Of a DNA stretch of 64,000 nt, positions 29,449-40,555 are shown one piece after another. Under the pieces are notes generated by a model. It was not told the origin of the DNA. It did no database searches and was given only the letters and a program-made list of their open reading frames with translations. The number at the start of each line of letters is the position of its first letter. The first letter of the stretch is position 1. Origin of the DNA: an uncultured Marvinbryantia sp. (GTDB lineage: Bacteria > Bacillota > Clostridia > Lachnospirales > Lachnospiraceae); the NCBI GenBank assembly GCA_905201705.1, contig CAJKOX010000007.1:62866-126865 (forward strand). Direction: 5' to 3'. The translations under genes were made by a program, and so were the position numbers.

Positions 29449-30369
29449 ATGAACAAGCCGACACTGGTAATTATGGCAGCAGGAATGGGCAGCCGCTACG
29501 GCGGACTCAAGCAGATCGATCCGGTAGACGATCAGGGACATATCATTATGGATTTTTCTATTTATGATGCGGTGCGCGCCGGATTTGAGAAGGTAGTGTT
29601 TATCATCAAAGAGGAAAATGAGGCGGATTTCCGGGCGTCCATTGGCGACCGCATGGAGAAGCAGATCGAGGTGGCATACGCCTATCAGCGTCTGACAGAT
29701 CTGCCGGAGGGCTTTTCCGTGCCGGAGGGACGAGTGAAGCCGTTCGGAACCGGACAGGCGGTGCTCTCCGCGATCGACTGCATCGACGGACCGTTTGCTG
29801 TTATTAATGCGGACGATTATTACGGTGTTTCCGCTTACCGTCAGATGTACGATTATCTGACGACGCATGAGGACGACGACAAGTACCGCTATGCGATGGT
29901 CGGCTACATTCTGGAGAACACGCTGACGGAAAACGGTCATGTTGCGCGCGGTATCTGCGTGACAGACGAAAAAGGCTTTCTGACTGACATCCACGAGCGC
30001 ACGCGCATTGAGCGCCGCGGCGACGAGACGGCATACACGGAGGACGACGGAAAGACCTGGAACGTCATCCCGGCGGGCAGCATTGTTTCCATGAATATGT
30101 GGGGCTTCAGCCGCAGTATGCTGAAGGAGCTGAAGGATGGATTTCCGCGTTTCCTCAAAGAGAATCTGCCGGTCAACCCCTTAAAGTGTGAATATTTCCT
30201 GCCGTTTGCGGTAAACGACCTGATCAAAGAGGGAAAGGCGTCCGTGCAGGTGCTCAAAACCGGGGACCGCTGGTACGGCGTCACCTACAAGCAGGATAAG
30301 CCGGTGGTCGTGCAGGCGATGCGCGATCTGAAGGCGGCGGGCGTGTATCCGGAAAATTTGTGGGGATAA
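29449..30369 (+). CDS. Sugar-phosphate nucleotidyltransferase
   Basis: MAAGMGSRYGGLKQ, KPFGTGQAV, INADDYYG, WYGVTY. Confidence 0.85.
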   Translation: MNKPTLVIMAAGMGSRYGGLKQIDPVDDQGHIIMDFSIYDAVRAGFEKVVFIIKEENEADFRASIGDRMEKQIEVAYAYQRLTDLPEGFSVPEGRVKPFGTGQAVLSAIDCIDGPFAVINADDYYGVSAYRQMYDYLTTHEDDDKYRYAMVGYILENTLTENGHVARGICVTDEKGFLTDIHERTRIERRGDETAYTEDDGKTWNVIPAGSIVSMNMWGFSRSMLKELKDGFPRFLKENLPVNPLKCEYFLPFAVNDLIKEGKASVQVLKTGDRWYGVTYKQDKPVVVQAMRDLKAAGVYPENLWG

Positions 30370-30376
30370 ATGAAGA

Positions 30377-30419
30377 AAGTATATACCATTTTCATGTAAA
30401 ATGGTATATACTTATTTTT
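30377..30419 (+). terminator. 16-bp perfect inverted repeat, likely terminator
   Basis: AAGTATATACCATTTT-CATGT-AAAATGGTATATACTT followed by ATTTTT. Confidence 0.6.
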
Positions 30420-30473
30420 GCAGGAGAAGAATCAGAGAAAACTGCAAAAAGATAAACAGGGAGGAAGATTCGA

Positions 30474-31490
30474 ATGGCTATTTTAGTAACAGGCGGAGCC
30501 GGTTATATCGGGAGCCACACATGTGTAGAACTGCTGAACGAGGGCTATGAGGTTGTTGTAGTAGATAATCTTTATAACGCCAGCGAAAAAGCGCTGGAGC
30601 GCGTTGAGCAGATTACCGGGAAAAAAGTGAAATTTTATAAGGTGGACCTGCTGGACAAGGAAGCTCTGGCGGAAGTATTTGACAAAGAGGATATCGAATC
30701 GGTTATTCATTTTGCAGGTTTAAAGGCGGTGGGTGAATCGGTTGCGAAGCCGCTGGAATACTACCATAACAATATGACGGGTACCTTCAACCTCTGCGAT
30801 GTTATGAGAAATCATGGCGTGAAGAACATCGTGTTCAGCTCCTCCGCTACCGTTTACGGTGATCCGGCGTTCGTGCCGATCACAGAGGAATGCCCGAAGG
30901 GCAAAATTACCAATCCGTATGGACAGACCAAGGGGATGCTGGAGCAGGTGCTCACCGACCTCAATGTGGCGGATCCGGAGTGGAATGTGGTGCTTCTGCG
31001 CTACTTCAACCCCATCGGTGCGCATGAGAGCGGACTGATCGGCGAGGATCCGAAGGGTATCCCGAACAATCTGGTGCCGTACATCGCACAGGTGGCAGTG
31101 GGCAAGCTGCAGGCACTCGGCGTATTTGGAAACGACTATGATACGCCGGATGGTACCGGCGTGCGCGACTACATTCATGTAGTGGATCTGGCAAAGGGAC
31201 ATGTAAAGGCGATCGAGAAGCTTAAGAAAAAGGAAGGCGTGAGCATCTATAACCTGGGCACCGGAAAGGGCTACAGTGTGCTGGATGTACTGCACGCATT
31301 TGAGAAGGCATGCGGAAAAGAGCTTCCGTATGTGATCAAGCCGCGTCGCCCGGGCGATATTGCGACCTGCTACGCAGATCCGACAAAGGCGAAGAATGAA
31401 CTTGGATGGGTAGCGGAAAAAGGAATCGAAGAAATGTGTGCAGATAGCTGGAGATGGCAGAGCAGCAATCCGAACGGTTACGCCGATTAA
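30474..31490 (+). CDS. galE: UDP-glucose 4-epimerase
   Basis: [41 protein letters not shown]. Confidence 0.97.
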   Translation: MAILVTGGAGYIGSHTCVELLNEGYEVVVVDNLYNASEKALERVEQITGKKVKFYKVDLLDKEALAEVFDKEDIESVIHFAGLKAVGESVAKPLEYYHNNMTGTFNLCDVMRNHGVKNIVFSSSATVYGDPAFVPITEECPKGKITNPYGQTKGMLEQVLTDLNVADPEWNVVLLRYFNPIGAHESGLIGEDPKGIPNNLVPYIAQVAVGKLQALGVFGNDYDTPDGTGVRDYIHVVDLAKGHVKAIEKLKKKEGVSIYNLGTGKGYSVLDVLHAFEKACGKELPYVIKPRRPGDIATCYADPTKAKNELGWVAEKGIEEMCADSWRWQSSNPNGYAD

Positions 31491-31526
31491 GCTGCCTTTT
31501 TGTATACTTCGAAACAAGGAGCAGTC

Positions 31527-33365
31527 ATGTTTGATATCCAAGAGGAATTAAAAAAACTCCCGGCAAAGCCGGGAGTTTATATTATGCACGACGAAAAGGA
31601 TGCGATCATCTACGTCGGCAAGGCGATCAGTCTGAAAAACCGGGTGCGCCAGTATTTTCAGAGCAGCCGCAATAAGGGCGCAAAAATCGAGCAGATGGTG
31701 ACGAAGATCAGCCGCTTCGAGTACATCGTCACCGATTCCGAGCTGGAGGCGCTGGTGCTGGAGTGCAATCTGATCAAGGAGCACCGTCCGAAATACAACA
31801 CCATGCTGAAAGACGATAAGACGTATCCGTTTATTAAGGTGACGGTGAGCGAGCCGTTTCCGCGGGTGCTTTTTTCGCGTACCATGAAAAAAGACAAGTC
31901 GCGCTACTTCGGACCGTACACCAGCGCGGGCGCCGTCAAGGATACCATCGAGCTGATCAATAAGCTTTATAAGCTGCGTACCTGCAATCGCGTTTTGCCG
32001 CGGGATATCGGAAAAGAGCGTCCCTGCCTGAATTATCATATTAAACAGTGTCAGGCGCCCTGCCAGGGCTATGAGAGCCGTGAGGAGTACGCAAAGCGCG
32101 TGGCGCAGGCGGTGGAGTTTCTGAACGGGAATTATAAGCCGGTGCTGAAAATGCTGGAGGAGCGTATGAACGAGGCGGCGGAGCGGCTGGATTTTGAGGC
32201 TGCGATCGAACAGCGGGAACTCCTGGCGAGCGTGAAGCAGATCGCGCAGAAGCAGAAGATCACCTCCGGAGACGGCGAGGACAAGGATGTGATCGCGCTT
32301 GCAGCGGACGACCGCGACGCGGTGGTTCAGGTATTTTTTGTGCGCGCCGGACGTCTGATCGGACGCGACCATTTTTATCTGCGCGTGGCGCCGCACGACA
32401 CGCCGGGCGTGATCCTGGACAGCTTTCTGAAGCAGTTTTATTCCGGCACCCCTTTTATCCCACGCGAGATCATGCTGCAGGAGGAAATCGAGGATAAGGA
32501 GGTCATTGAGGAGTGGCTCTCAAAGCGGCGCGGCGGCAGAGTATATCTGCGGGTGCCGAAGAAGGGCACGAAGGAAAAGCTGGTCGAGCTGGCGGCGCAG
32601 AACGCCCGCATGGTACTCACGCAGGACAGCGAGAAGATCAGGCGCGAGGAGGGCAGGACCATCGGTGCAATGAAGGAGATCGCTTCTCTCTTAGGTCTGG
32701 AGAATGTGGTGCGTGTCGAGGCGTTCGATATCTCCAACATCAGCGGTTTTGAGTCAGTCGGCTCCATGATCGTCTATGAAAAGGGCAAGCCGAAGACGAG
32801 CGACTACCGCAAATTCAAGATCAGGACCGTGAAGGGGCCGGACGACTACGCCAGCATGGAGGAAGTGCTGGAACGAAGGTTCGCACACGGCCTGGCAGAG
32901 CGTGAGGAAAACGCGGAGTTTGGAAGCTTCAGCCGTTTCCCGGATCTGATCATGATGGACGGCGGCAAGGGGCAGGTAAACGTGGCTCTGCGCGTGCTGG
33001 AAGAGCTGCATCTGGATATCCCGGTCTGCGGCATGGTGAAGGACGATAATCACCGCACCCGCGGGCTGTACTATCAGAACGAGGAAATCCCCATCGACCG
33101 CAGCTCCGAGGGCTTCAAGCTGATCACGCGTATCCAGGACGAGGCGCACCGCTTCGCGATCGAATATCACCGTTCTCTGCGCGGCAAGCAGCAGGTACAC
33201 TCTGTGCTGGACGATATCGCGGGCATTGGCGAGACGAGACGCAAGGCGCTGCTGCGCCGCTTCAAATCCCTGGAGGCGATTCGTGACGCCTCGGTGGAGG
33301 AGCTTGCCTCTACGGAAACCATGAACCGGCAGGCGGCGCAGAGGGTGTACGATTACTTCCATTAA
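31527..33365 (+). CDS. uvrC: Excinuclease ABC subunit C
   Basis: GIY-YIG N-terminus (PGVY..IYVGKA..LKNRV), [23 protein letters not shown], HhH. Confidence 0.97.
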   Translation: MFDIQEELKKLPAKPGVYIMHDEKDAIIYVGKAISLKNRVRQYFQSSRNKGAKIEQMVTKISRFEYIVTDSELEALVLECNLIKEHRPKYNTMLKDDKTYPFIKVTVSEPFPRVLFSRTMKKDKSRYFGPYTSAGAVKDTIELINKLYKLRTCNRVLPRDIGKERPCLNYHIKQCQAPCQGYESREEYAKRVAQAVEFLNGNYKPVLKMLEERMNEAAERLDFEAAIEQRELLASVKQIAQKQKITSGDGEDKDVIALAADDRDAVVQVFFVRAGRLIGRDHFYLRVAPHDTPGVILDSFLKQFYSGTPFIPREIMLQEEIEDKEVIEEWLSKRRGGRVYLRVPKKGTKEKLVELAAQNARMVLTQDSEKIRREEGRTIGAMKEIASLLGLENVVRVEAFDISNISGFESVGSMIVYEKGKPKTSDYRKFKIRTVKGPDDYASMEEVLERRFAHGLAEREENAEFGSFSRFPDLIMMDGGKGQVNVALRVLEELHLDIPVCGMVKDDNHRTRGLYYQNEEIPIDRSSEGFKLITRIQDEAHRFAIEYHRSLRGKQQVHSVLDDIAGIGETRRKALLRRFKSLEAIRDASVEELASTETMNRQAAQRVYDYFH

Positions 33366-33430
33366 ATCGGGAAAATGCCGGATTTTGCAGCCCGGGAGGA
33401 GGCGGTTTTGTGCAATTAACATTTCCGGCG

Positions 33431-33459
33431 TTGCAGTTTGGCGCTTTGTGTGCTATACT
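33431..33459 (+). promoter_or_regulatory. SigmaA promoter of hprK-glcK
   Basis: TTGCAG-17-TATACT with extended TG. Confidence 0.65.
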
Positions 33460-33523
33460 TTTTTATAATAGGGTTTCTGCTTTGGAACCCGGACAGGAAA
33501 GTATTCAGATAAGGAGAAGGAAC

Positions 33524-34459
33524 ATGGCAAGCAGTGTGGCACTGACGAAAATGGTAGAAAAAATGAATCTGAAGAATGTGACGCCGGAGGTCGATCTGAG
33601 CCAGATCCGCATTACCGTGCCGGATATCAACCGCGCTGCGCTGCAGCTGGCAGGTTATTTTGAGCATTTCACCTCGGAGCGTGTGCAGATCATCGGATAT
33701 GTGGAATATACCTATCTGATGGGGCTCCCAAAGGAGGAAAAGCTGCCCGTATACGAGCGGTTTGTTTCTTATAAGAGCCCGTGCATCATTTATACGACAA
33801 GGACAAAGCCGGAGGAGGAGCTTTTGCAGTTTGCGATCCAGTACGGCGTGCCGGTTTTCATTACGGATAAGGAGACGTCGGCATTTTCGGCGGAGCTGCA
33901 GCGGTGGCTGAATGTGGAGCTTGCACCGTGCATTTCCATCCACGGTGTGCTGGTGGACGTATACGGCGAGGGCGTTCTGATCATGGGCGAGAGCGGCATC
34001 GGAAAAAGCGAGGCGGCGCTGGAGCTGATCCGCCGCGGACACCGTCTGATTTCCGACGATGTAGTGGAGATCCGCAAGGTGAGCGACGTCAGCCTGGTGG
34101 GGAGCGCGCCGGATATCACGCGCCATTTCATTGAAGTGCGCGGTATCGGAATCATCAATGTCAAGACGCTGTACGGCGTGGAGGCGGTGAAGAATACGCA
34201 GACCATCGATATCGTCATTAAGCTGGAGGAATGGGACAAGGATAAGGAATACGACCGCCTCGGTCTGGAGGAGGAGTACATTGAGTTTCTCGGGAACCGT
34301 GTGGTCTGCCATTCGCTTCCGATACGCCCCGGCAGAAACCTGGCGATCATTTTGGAGGCTGCGGCAGTCAACCACCGTCAGAAGAAGATGGGCTACAATG
34401 CGGCGCAGGAGCTGTACAACCGTGTGCAGCAGAATCTGACCAGAAAGCGCGAGCAGTAA
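33524..34459 (+). CDS. hprK: HPr kinase/phosphorylase
   Basis: HGVLVDVYGEGVLIMGESGIGKSE, GHRLISDD, EVRGIGII, PGRNLA. Confidence 0.96.
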   Translation: MASSVALTKMVEKMNLKNVTPEVDLSQIRITVPDINRAALQLAGYFEHFTSERVQIIGYVEYTYLMGLPKEEKLPVYERFVSYKSPCIIYTTRTKPEEELLQFAIQYGVPVFITDKETSAFSAELQRWLNVELAPCISIHGVLVDVYGEGVLIMGESGIGKSEAALELIRRGHRLISDDVVEIRKVSDVSLVGSAPDITRHFIEVRGIGIINVKTLYGVEAVKNTQTIDIVIKLEEWDKDKEYDRLGLEEEYIEFLGNRVVCHSLPIRPGRNLAIILEAAAVNHRQKKMGYNAAQELYNRVQQNLTRKREQ

Positions 34460-34513
34460 ATATAAGGAAAGAGAAAGGGCGAGGACTTTGCCCGAAAAAT
34501 GGAGGATGGGGAA

Positions 34514-35446
34514 ATGAAGAAGTATTGTTTTGGAATTGATGTAGGCGGAACTACCGTAAAGTGCGGCCTGTTTGATGTGAAGGGAACCGTGCTGGACAAG
34601 TGGGAGATCAAGACGCGGACGGAGAACAACGGCTGCAATATCCTGCCGGATGTGGCGGATACCATCGCCGATAAGATCCGCGAAAAGGACCTCGACCGCG
34701 ATGAGATCGCCGGCGTCGGGCTTGGCGTTCCGGGACCGGTCAACGAGGAGGGGGAGGTTCCGGCTGCGGTAAATCTGCACTGGGGTTATGTGCATCTGGT
34801 CAATCAGATGGAGCGCCTTACCGGGCTGACGGTCAAGGCCGGAAATGACGCGAACGTTGCCGCGCTCGGTGAGATGTGGAAGGGCGGCGGCGCAGGCTAC
34901 CACAATGTCGTTCTGGTAACGCTTGGTACCGGCGTCGGCGGCGGTATCATTAACAACGGACAGATCATCACCGGCACGCATGGGGCGGGCGGCGAGATCG
35001 GGCACATCCACGTTACCGATTCGCTCACGGCAAAGTGCAACTGCGGAAACTGCGGCTGTCTGGAGCAGGTGGCATCGGCGACCGGCATTACCTTCCTGGC
35101 AAAGCGCCGTCTGGCGAAGGACGAAACGCCGTCCGTGCTGCGTAAAAAAAATATCTCTGCAAAATCCGTATTTGACGCGGTAAAAGAGGGAGACGCAGTT
35201 GCGATTGAGATTGCTGAGGAGTTTGGAAAGTATCTTGGCACTGCGCTCGCAAATGTGGCGGGCGTCACCGACCCCGATATCTTCGTAATCGGCGGCGGTG
35301 TCTCCAAGGCAGGTCCGATCCTTCTTGAATTCATCCAGAAATACTATAAACAGTATGCGTTCATCGCATGCAAGGAAACACCGTTTGCGCTCGCAGAACT
35401 CGGCAACGACGCCGGGATCTACGGAGCGGCGAAGCTGGTGCTGTAA
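34514..35446 (+). CDS. glcK: ROK-family glucokinase
   Basis: GIDVGGT, NDANVAALGE, TLGTGVGGG, GEIGH, CNCGNCGCLE; no HTH domain. Confidence 0.9.
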   Translation: MKKYCFGIDVGGTTVKCGLFDVKGTVLDKWEIKTRTENNGCNILPDVADTIADKIREKDLDRDEIAGVGLGVPGPVNEEGEVPAAVNLHWGYVHLVNQMERLTGLTVKAGNDANVAALGEMWKGGGAGYHNVVLVTLGTGVGGGIINNGQIITGTHGAGGEIGHIHVTDSLTAKCNCGNCGCLEQVASATGITFLAKRRLAKDETPSVLRKKNISAKSVFDAVKEGDAVAIEIAEEFGKYLGTALANVAGVTDPDIFVIGGGVSKAGPILLEFIQKYYKQYAFIACKETPFALAELGNDAGIYGAAKLVL

Positions 35447-35462
35447 AGGAAATCAAAAATCT

Positions 35463-35494
35463 GAGGCGCTTTCCATGCGGAAGGCGCCTCTTTT
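35463..35494. terminator. Terminator between convergent glcK and PBP1A genes
   Basis: GAGGCGCTTTCC-ATGC-GGAAGGCGCCTC plus TTTT. Confidence 0.75.
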
Positions 35495-38299
35495 CTAGTA
35501 AAAGGTGATCACTCCATCGTCGTAATACTGGTCAGCAGGGATATCCTCAAAGGAGGTACCGCCGCCGGCTTCAGTCTGGGAGGCGTTGCTATCAGCGGTT
35601 CCGGAACCGGCAGAGCCGTTATCCCCGCCGATCTGGATCACGCCGTCTGTGTTGCCGTCTGGCTCACCGGTCGGATTGTCGCCGGTGTTATCCTTCTTTT
35701 CTGTTTCCGTTTCGGATTCCTTCTCCGTGAGAATTTCCACGGCAGCCGTATGGCCCGGGCACTGCTGTGTGGGCGGTGCATAATTGGAATCATCCGTGGT
35801 GCCTTCGCTGCCTGCCGGACGCTGCACGAAAACACGCGTCGTGGACGGACATGTTCCGGAGGCTTTCAGACCGGTTTCCGTGCACACAGCGACTGCTACG
35901 TGGACGTCGCAGGTTTGCGTCGGGACGGTGTCGGTCGTGAAATATTCCGTGTAGACCTGGCTTCCCCGCTGGTCTGCGGTACACAGACCGTCTACTGCCA
36001 GCTTGCCGGATTTTTTGCAGACGGTCGCCGTGGTGATATTTTCCGGCTGCGCGAAAGATACGACCGGAAGTTCCGCGTGAATGCGGCTCATGATCGCGTT
36101 CCAGAGCGTCTTTGCATAGCGGCTGAAGCTGCTGTCATAATCGGGCAGGGCGTCGTTGTTGTCGTAGCCGCCCCACACGCCGCAGGTGTAGTAAGGGGTG
36201 TAGCCTTCAAACCAGATGTCCTTTGAATTGTCGGTGGTACCGGTCTTTCCGGCTACCGGCATGTCGCCCAGGCTGATACTGCCGTTTGCAGTGCCCTCCG
36301 GACTCTTAATTACGTCCTCCATCGCTTTTGTGATAAGGAATGCCGTGGTATCCTTTACCACGCGTGTTTCCTCGCTGGTGTTATCCAGAATGACATTGCC
36401 CTGGCTGTCCTCGATGCGGGAGTAAAATTTCGGTTTAATGTAGTTGCCGCCGTTTGCCAGCGCGGCGTAGGCGCCGGTCAGCTCCAGATTTACCACGCCG
36501 TCCGTGATGCCGCCGAGCGCCAGCGGCTGGTAGGCATCGGAGAGCAGGTTGCCGTTCTCGTCCAGGTCGTTGTTGTAGAGCGTCGTGATGCCAAAGCGCT
36601 CCAGATAATCGATACCCACCTGCGGCGTGATCTCTGTCAGACATTTGACGGCGACGACATTCACGGATTTCACAAGTGCAAAGTGAATGGTTTCCAGACC
36701 GCTGTACCCGTAGTCGCTGTCCCAGTTTTTCAGTTCCGTACCGGAAGAATACGTGTAGGGCGCGTTGTCGTAAACAGTGGCGAGCGTTTTGCCGTTATGG
36801 TCGATTGCCGGAGCGTAGGCGGCGAGCGGTTTAAACGTAGAGCCGGGCTGTCTTCTTGTCGACGTAGCGCGGTTTAAGGTAAGGCTTGCTTCCTTCTCGC
36901 CCCTGCCGCCGACGATCGCCTTCACGTAGCCGGTCGACTGGTCGATGACCACCACAGACGCCTGCGGCTGCGGAACGAGGGAAATGCGCTCGCCGAGCAC
37001 GGTGTCTCCCTCTGCGGTCATCGCCTCTTTAAACTGCGCCGCGTAGGAGCGGGCAGCGTCCTCATCGTAAAACATCATATTAAAGGAAGCGTCCTGTGCC
37101 TCAAAATAATCCTGCACATCGGAGCTGCCGTAATGGATCGTACTGCCATCCGCTTTCTGGATGCTGAGGGCGTAATCAAGCCCGATCAGCGTTTCTACCG
37201 GATAATTGGCTGCGTTTGCAAATTCTTCGTCGCAGATCTGCTGGATCGCTTCATCCTGTACGCTGAAGATCCGCAGACCGCCGGAATAGAGCGCCGTGTA
37301 TGCCTGGCTCGCCGTGTAACCGGCGTCTTTTTCCAGATCCTCAAGCACCTGCTCGATGAGCGCGTCGGTGTAGTAGGAATAGATCGTGGTCGTGCCGGTC
37401 TGTACGTCCGTCTCCTGGATGCGCGAATAAACATCGTCGGCGAGCGCTTCGTCGTACTCCGCCTGCGTGATATAGCCCTGCTCCAGCATCGCGTTCAGTA
37501 TTTTTTTGCGCCGGGCGGCATTTGCCTCCGGGTAGACGATCGGATTGTAGCCGGTCGGATTCTGCGTGATGCCGGCGATCACGGTGGATTCCGAGAGCGT
37601 CAGCTCCGAGACATCCTTATTAAAATAGCGATGGGCGGCAGCCTGCACGCCGTAGGCGCCCGCGCCGAGGTTGATGGTATTTAAGTAATCTTCGAGGATC
37701 TTCTTTTTCGCCTCGTCCTTTGTCATGGTCTGCTCCAGATTTTTTTCCAGCTCCAGCGCCAGATACTGCTCCTGGAATTTGCGCTTAAAGCTCTCCGCCA
37801 GAGAGGACTCGTTTACCCAGTCCGGGAACACGCTGTTTTTCAGAAGCTGCTGCGTGATGGTGCTGGCGCCCTCCGAGAAGCTGCCGCCGGTGATGCCCAC
37901 CACAAAAGCGCGCAGGATGCCGCGGATATCTATGCCGTTGTGCTCGTAAAAGCGTTCGTCCTCCACGGCGACGACGGCGTTTTGCAGATGCTCCGGCACC
38001 TGGTCGATGGAAACGGGCGTGCGGTTCGAGGTGGGGGCTGTCAGCTTCTGCACCTGCTCTCCTTCGGCGTTGTAAATGTAGGTTGCCATCTCTGCGGGAG
38101 CAGTGCTTAATGCGGAGATATCCGGCGCGCTCTTTAAAAGCCCCTGCATCATGCCGTAGCCCGCGCATACACCGGCGATCACCAGTGCGAACAGTGCAAC
38201 GAGAAGCAGGCGAAGGAGCGTCATCCCAGCCTTCTGTTCTACCTTTTCCGCTGTCATATTCCGCTGTTTTTTTTCGATATCGTGTCTGCCATATTTCAT
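35495..38299 (-). CDS. Class A penicillin-binding protein (PBP1A family)
   Basis: Transglycosylase EDERFYEHNG and GASTITQQL; transpeptidase STFK, SVN, KTGT. Confidence 0.93.
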   Translation of the reverse strand: MKYGRHDIEKKQRNMTAEKVEQKAGMTLLRLLLVALFALVIAGVCAGYGMMQGLLKSAPDISALSTAPAEMATYIYNAEGEQVQKLTAPTSNRTPVSIDQVPEHLQNAVVAVEDERFYEHNGIDIRGILRAFVVGITGGSFSEGASTITQQLLKNSVFPDWVNESSLAESFKRKFQEQYLALELEKNLEQTMTKDEAKKKILEDYLNTINLGAGAYGVQAAAHRYFNKDVSELTLSESTVIAGITQNPTGYNPIVYPEANAARRKKILNAMLEQGYITQAEYDEALADDVYSRIQETDVQTGTTTIYSYYTDALIEQVLEDLEKDAGYTASQAYTALYSGGLRIFSVQDEAIQQICDEEFANAANYPVETLIGLDYALSIQKADGSTIHYGSSDVQDYFEAQDASFNMMFYDEDAARSYAAQFKEAMTAEGDTVLGERISLVPQPQASVVVIDQSTGYVKAIVGGRGEKEASLTLNRATSTRRQPGSTFKPLAAYAPAIDHNGKTLATVYDNAPYTYSSGTELKNWDSDYGYSGLETIHFALVKSVNVVAVKCLTEITPQVGIDYLERFGITTLYNNDLDENGNLLSDAYQPLALGGITDGVVNLELTGAYAALANGGNYIKPKFYSRIEDSQGNVILDNTSEETRVVKDTTAFLITKAMEDVIKSPEGTANGSISLGDMPVAGKTGTTDNSKDIWFEGYTPYYTCGVWGGYDNNDALPDYDSSFSRYAKTLWNAIMSRIHAELPVVSFAQPENITTATVCKKSGKLAVDGLCTADQRGSQVYTEYFTTDTVPTQTCDVHVAVAVCTETGLKASGTCPSTTRVFVQRPAGSEGTTDDSNYAPPTQQCPGHTAAVEILTEKESETETEKKDNTGDNPTGEPDGNTDGVIQIGGDNGSAGSGTADSNASQTEAGGGTSFEDIPADQYYDDGVITFY

Positions 38300-38331
38300 G
38301 TGCAGCATTCCTTTCTGAATTTGGGTAAAGA

Positions 38332-38384
38332 GTTACTGTCCACTCCGTTCACAGCAAGTGGTTGAGGCTGGCGTGAACAGTAAC
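38332..38384. mobile_element. 53-bp MITE-like element with 12-bp terminal inverted repeats and 8-bp target duplication
   Basis: GGTAAAGA | GTTACTGTCCAC ... GTGAACAGTAAC | GGTAAAGA (direct repeats at 38324-38331 and 38385-38392). Confidence 0.75.
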
Positions 38385-38522
38385 GGTAAAGACAATGTTA
38401 CAATTAGTTTACCTGTTTTTACAAACAGTTATCCATAGTATAGCAGAAATCAAAAATAAATGCTATACTAATAAATCATGAGGCGCGAATACGGCGCGCG
38501 ATAAAACCACAAGGAGAGAAAT

Positions 38523-39167
38523 ATGGCGTATAATATTGTTTACAGAGGCGGCGAGGGAGAGATCGTGGAAAAGAAATCCCGCTTTATTGCGACGGTACAG
38601 CCGGTGCATTCGGAGGAGGAGGCACTGGGGTTTATCAACGGTTTAAAGAAAAAATACTGGAATGCCACGCACAACTGCTCGGCTTTTGTGGTCGGGGAGC
38701 ACCAGGAGCTGCAGCGCTGCAGCGATGATGGGGAGCCGCAGGGAACGGCGGGCAGACCGATGCTGGATGTGCTGCTTGGCGCGGATATCCATGATGCGGC
38801 GGTGGTGGTGACGCGCTATTTCGGCGGCACGCTTCTTGGTACCGGCGGTCTGGTGCGCGCATATTCCAAAGCGGTGCAGGCGGGGCTTGCAGCCAGCGAG
38901 GTGATCGAGAAAGTAAAGGGCAGCCGTCTGACGATCGAGACAGACTATAATGGCATTGGAAAGCTGCAGTATCTCCTGGGGCAGCGCGGCATTCCGATCG
39001 TCGGTTCCGAGTACAGCGAGGTGGTGAAAACCTCGGTCCTTGTGCAGGAGAATGACGTGGCAAAGCTGCTGGAGGCAATTACGGAAGCGACGAATGGAAA
39101 AGCGGCCTGTGAGGAGGAAAAGAATATCTTTTTTGCGTTTGTCGGGAAAGAACCCGTCATATTTTAG
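38523..39167 (+). CDS. yigZ: YigZ/IMPACT family protein
   Basis: EKKSRFI, ATHNCSA, SDDGEPQGTAGRPML, VTRYFGGTLLGTGGLVRAY. Confidence 0.93.
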   Translation: MAYNIVYRGGEGEIVEKKSRFIATVQPVHSEEEALGFINGLKKKYWNATHNCSAFVVGEHQELQRCSDDGEPQGTAGRPMLDVLLGADIHDAAVVVTRYFGGTLLGTGGLVRAYSKAVQAGLAASEVIEKVKGSRLTIETDYNGIGKLQYLLGQRGIPIVGSEYSEVVKTSVLVQENDVAKLLEAITEATNGKAACEEEKNIFFAFVGKEPVIF

Positions 39168-39255
39168 AAGCCGCTTGTCATTTTTTACGGATAGAGCTAT
39201 AATGTACGAAAGAGCAGCGGCGGATGCCGGCTGAATGAAAACAAGGGGAGCATAT

Positions 39256-40083
39256 ATGGGAGCCAGAGAAAAGGAAAGACCGATCGGTATCTTTGATTCC
39301 GGCGTAGGCGGTCTGACAGTTACGCGAGAGGTGATGCGCAATATCCCGGAAGAACGGATCGTATATTTCGGGGATACCGCGCGCGTGCCTTATGGAAGTA
39401 AATCAAAAGAGACGATCCTGCGCTATTCCAGGCAGATCGTGCGTTTTCTGCTGTCGCAGGAGGTAAAGGCAATCGTGGTGGCGTGCAATACTGCGAGCGC
39501 GTTTGCGCTGGAGGAGATCCGTCACGAGCTGTCTGTCCCGATCATCGGCGTGGTGAAGCCGGGAGCGAAGGTGGCGTGCGCGGCGACGAAAAATAACCGC
39601 ATCGGCGTGATCGGCACGAAGGGAACGATCGCAAGCGGTCTGTATACGGAATTTATCCGCCAGATCAGGCCGGACGCGGAGGTGATCGGAAAAGCGTGCC
39701 CGCTGTTTGTGCCGCTGGTGGAGGAGAGCATGATGAAGGACCCGGTGACGGAGGAAATGGCGAGGCGCTATCTCGCCGCGCTGAAGGAGCAGGATATCGA
39801 CACGCTGATCCTTGGATGCACGCATTATCCGCTTTTGCGCTCCATGATCGGCGAGATCATGGGCGACGGCGTCACGCTGGTGAATCCGGCATACGAGACG
39901 GCGTGCAGCCTGCGCGAGCTGCTGATCCGGGAGGATCTGCAGAACACGGAGCCGCTGGATATGGAGAAAAATCCACATCGTTTCTACGTGAGCGATGCGC
40001 CGGAGAGCTTTATCAGCTTTGCAAATTCGATCCTGCCGGTAAATATTGAGAACGTACAGAAAATTAATATCGAGGAGTACTAA
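39256..40083 (+). CDS. murI: Glutamate racemase
   Basis: FDSGVGGLTV, PYGSKS, VACNTAS, LGCTHYP. Confidence 0.97.
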   Translation: MGAREKERPIGIFDSGVGGLTVTREVMRNIPEERIVYFGDTARVPYGSKSKETILRYSRQIVRFLLSQEVKAIVVACNTASAFALEEIRHELSVPIIGVVKPGAKVACAATKNNRIGVIGTKGTIASGLYTEFIRQIRPDAEVIGKACPLFVPLVEESMMKDPVTEEMARRYLAALKEQDIDTLILGCTHYPLLRSMIGEIMGDGVTLVNPAYETACSLRELLIREDLQNTEPLDMEKNPHRFYVSDAPESFISFANSILPVNIENVQKINIEEY

Positions 40084-40530
40084 ATGACAGAAGAAGTTTT
40101 GGTGAGCATTAAAGGAATGCAGGTGCTTGCGATGGACGACGGGGACGAGGTGGAGGTTGTTACAAGCGGAAAATACCTGCACAAAAACGGAAAGCATTAT
40201 ATCAGTTATGAGGAAGTCATGGAAGGAATGGAGGGCACCATTCAGAATCTCATAAAGCTTGACGCGGACGGCATGGAAGTGACGAAGCGCGGACTGACAA
40301 ATGTCCATATGGTCTTTGAAAAGGACAAGAAAAATGTTACGTGTTACGAGACGCCTTTCGGCAATCTGATGGTGGGGATCGCGGCGACAAACATCGACGT
40401 GAAGAATGATGAAAAAAATATTGCCGTGACGGTGAACTATGCGCTGGATATCAACTATGAGCATCTGGCGGACTGCACCATCAATATGAGCGTTCAGTCC
40501 AAAGACGGCGGAGACTTCCGGCTGAGTTAG
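40084..40530 (+). CDS. DUF1934/YwiB-like beta-barrel protein
   Basis: HYISYEE...MVFEK..YETPFG pattern; follows murI. Confidence 0.75.
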   Translation: MTEEVLVSIKGMQVLAMDDGDEVEVVTSGKYLHKNGKHYISYEEVMEGMEGTIQNLIKLDADGMEVTKRGLTNVHMVFEKDKKNVTCYETPFGNLMVGIAATNIDVKNDEKNIAVTVNYALDINYEHLADCTINMSVQSKDGGDFRLS

Positions 40531-40555
40531 AATGATGATCCAAAGGAGGGCAGTT

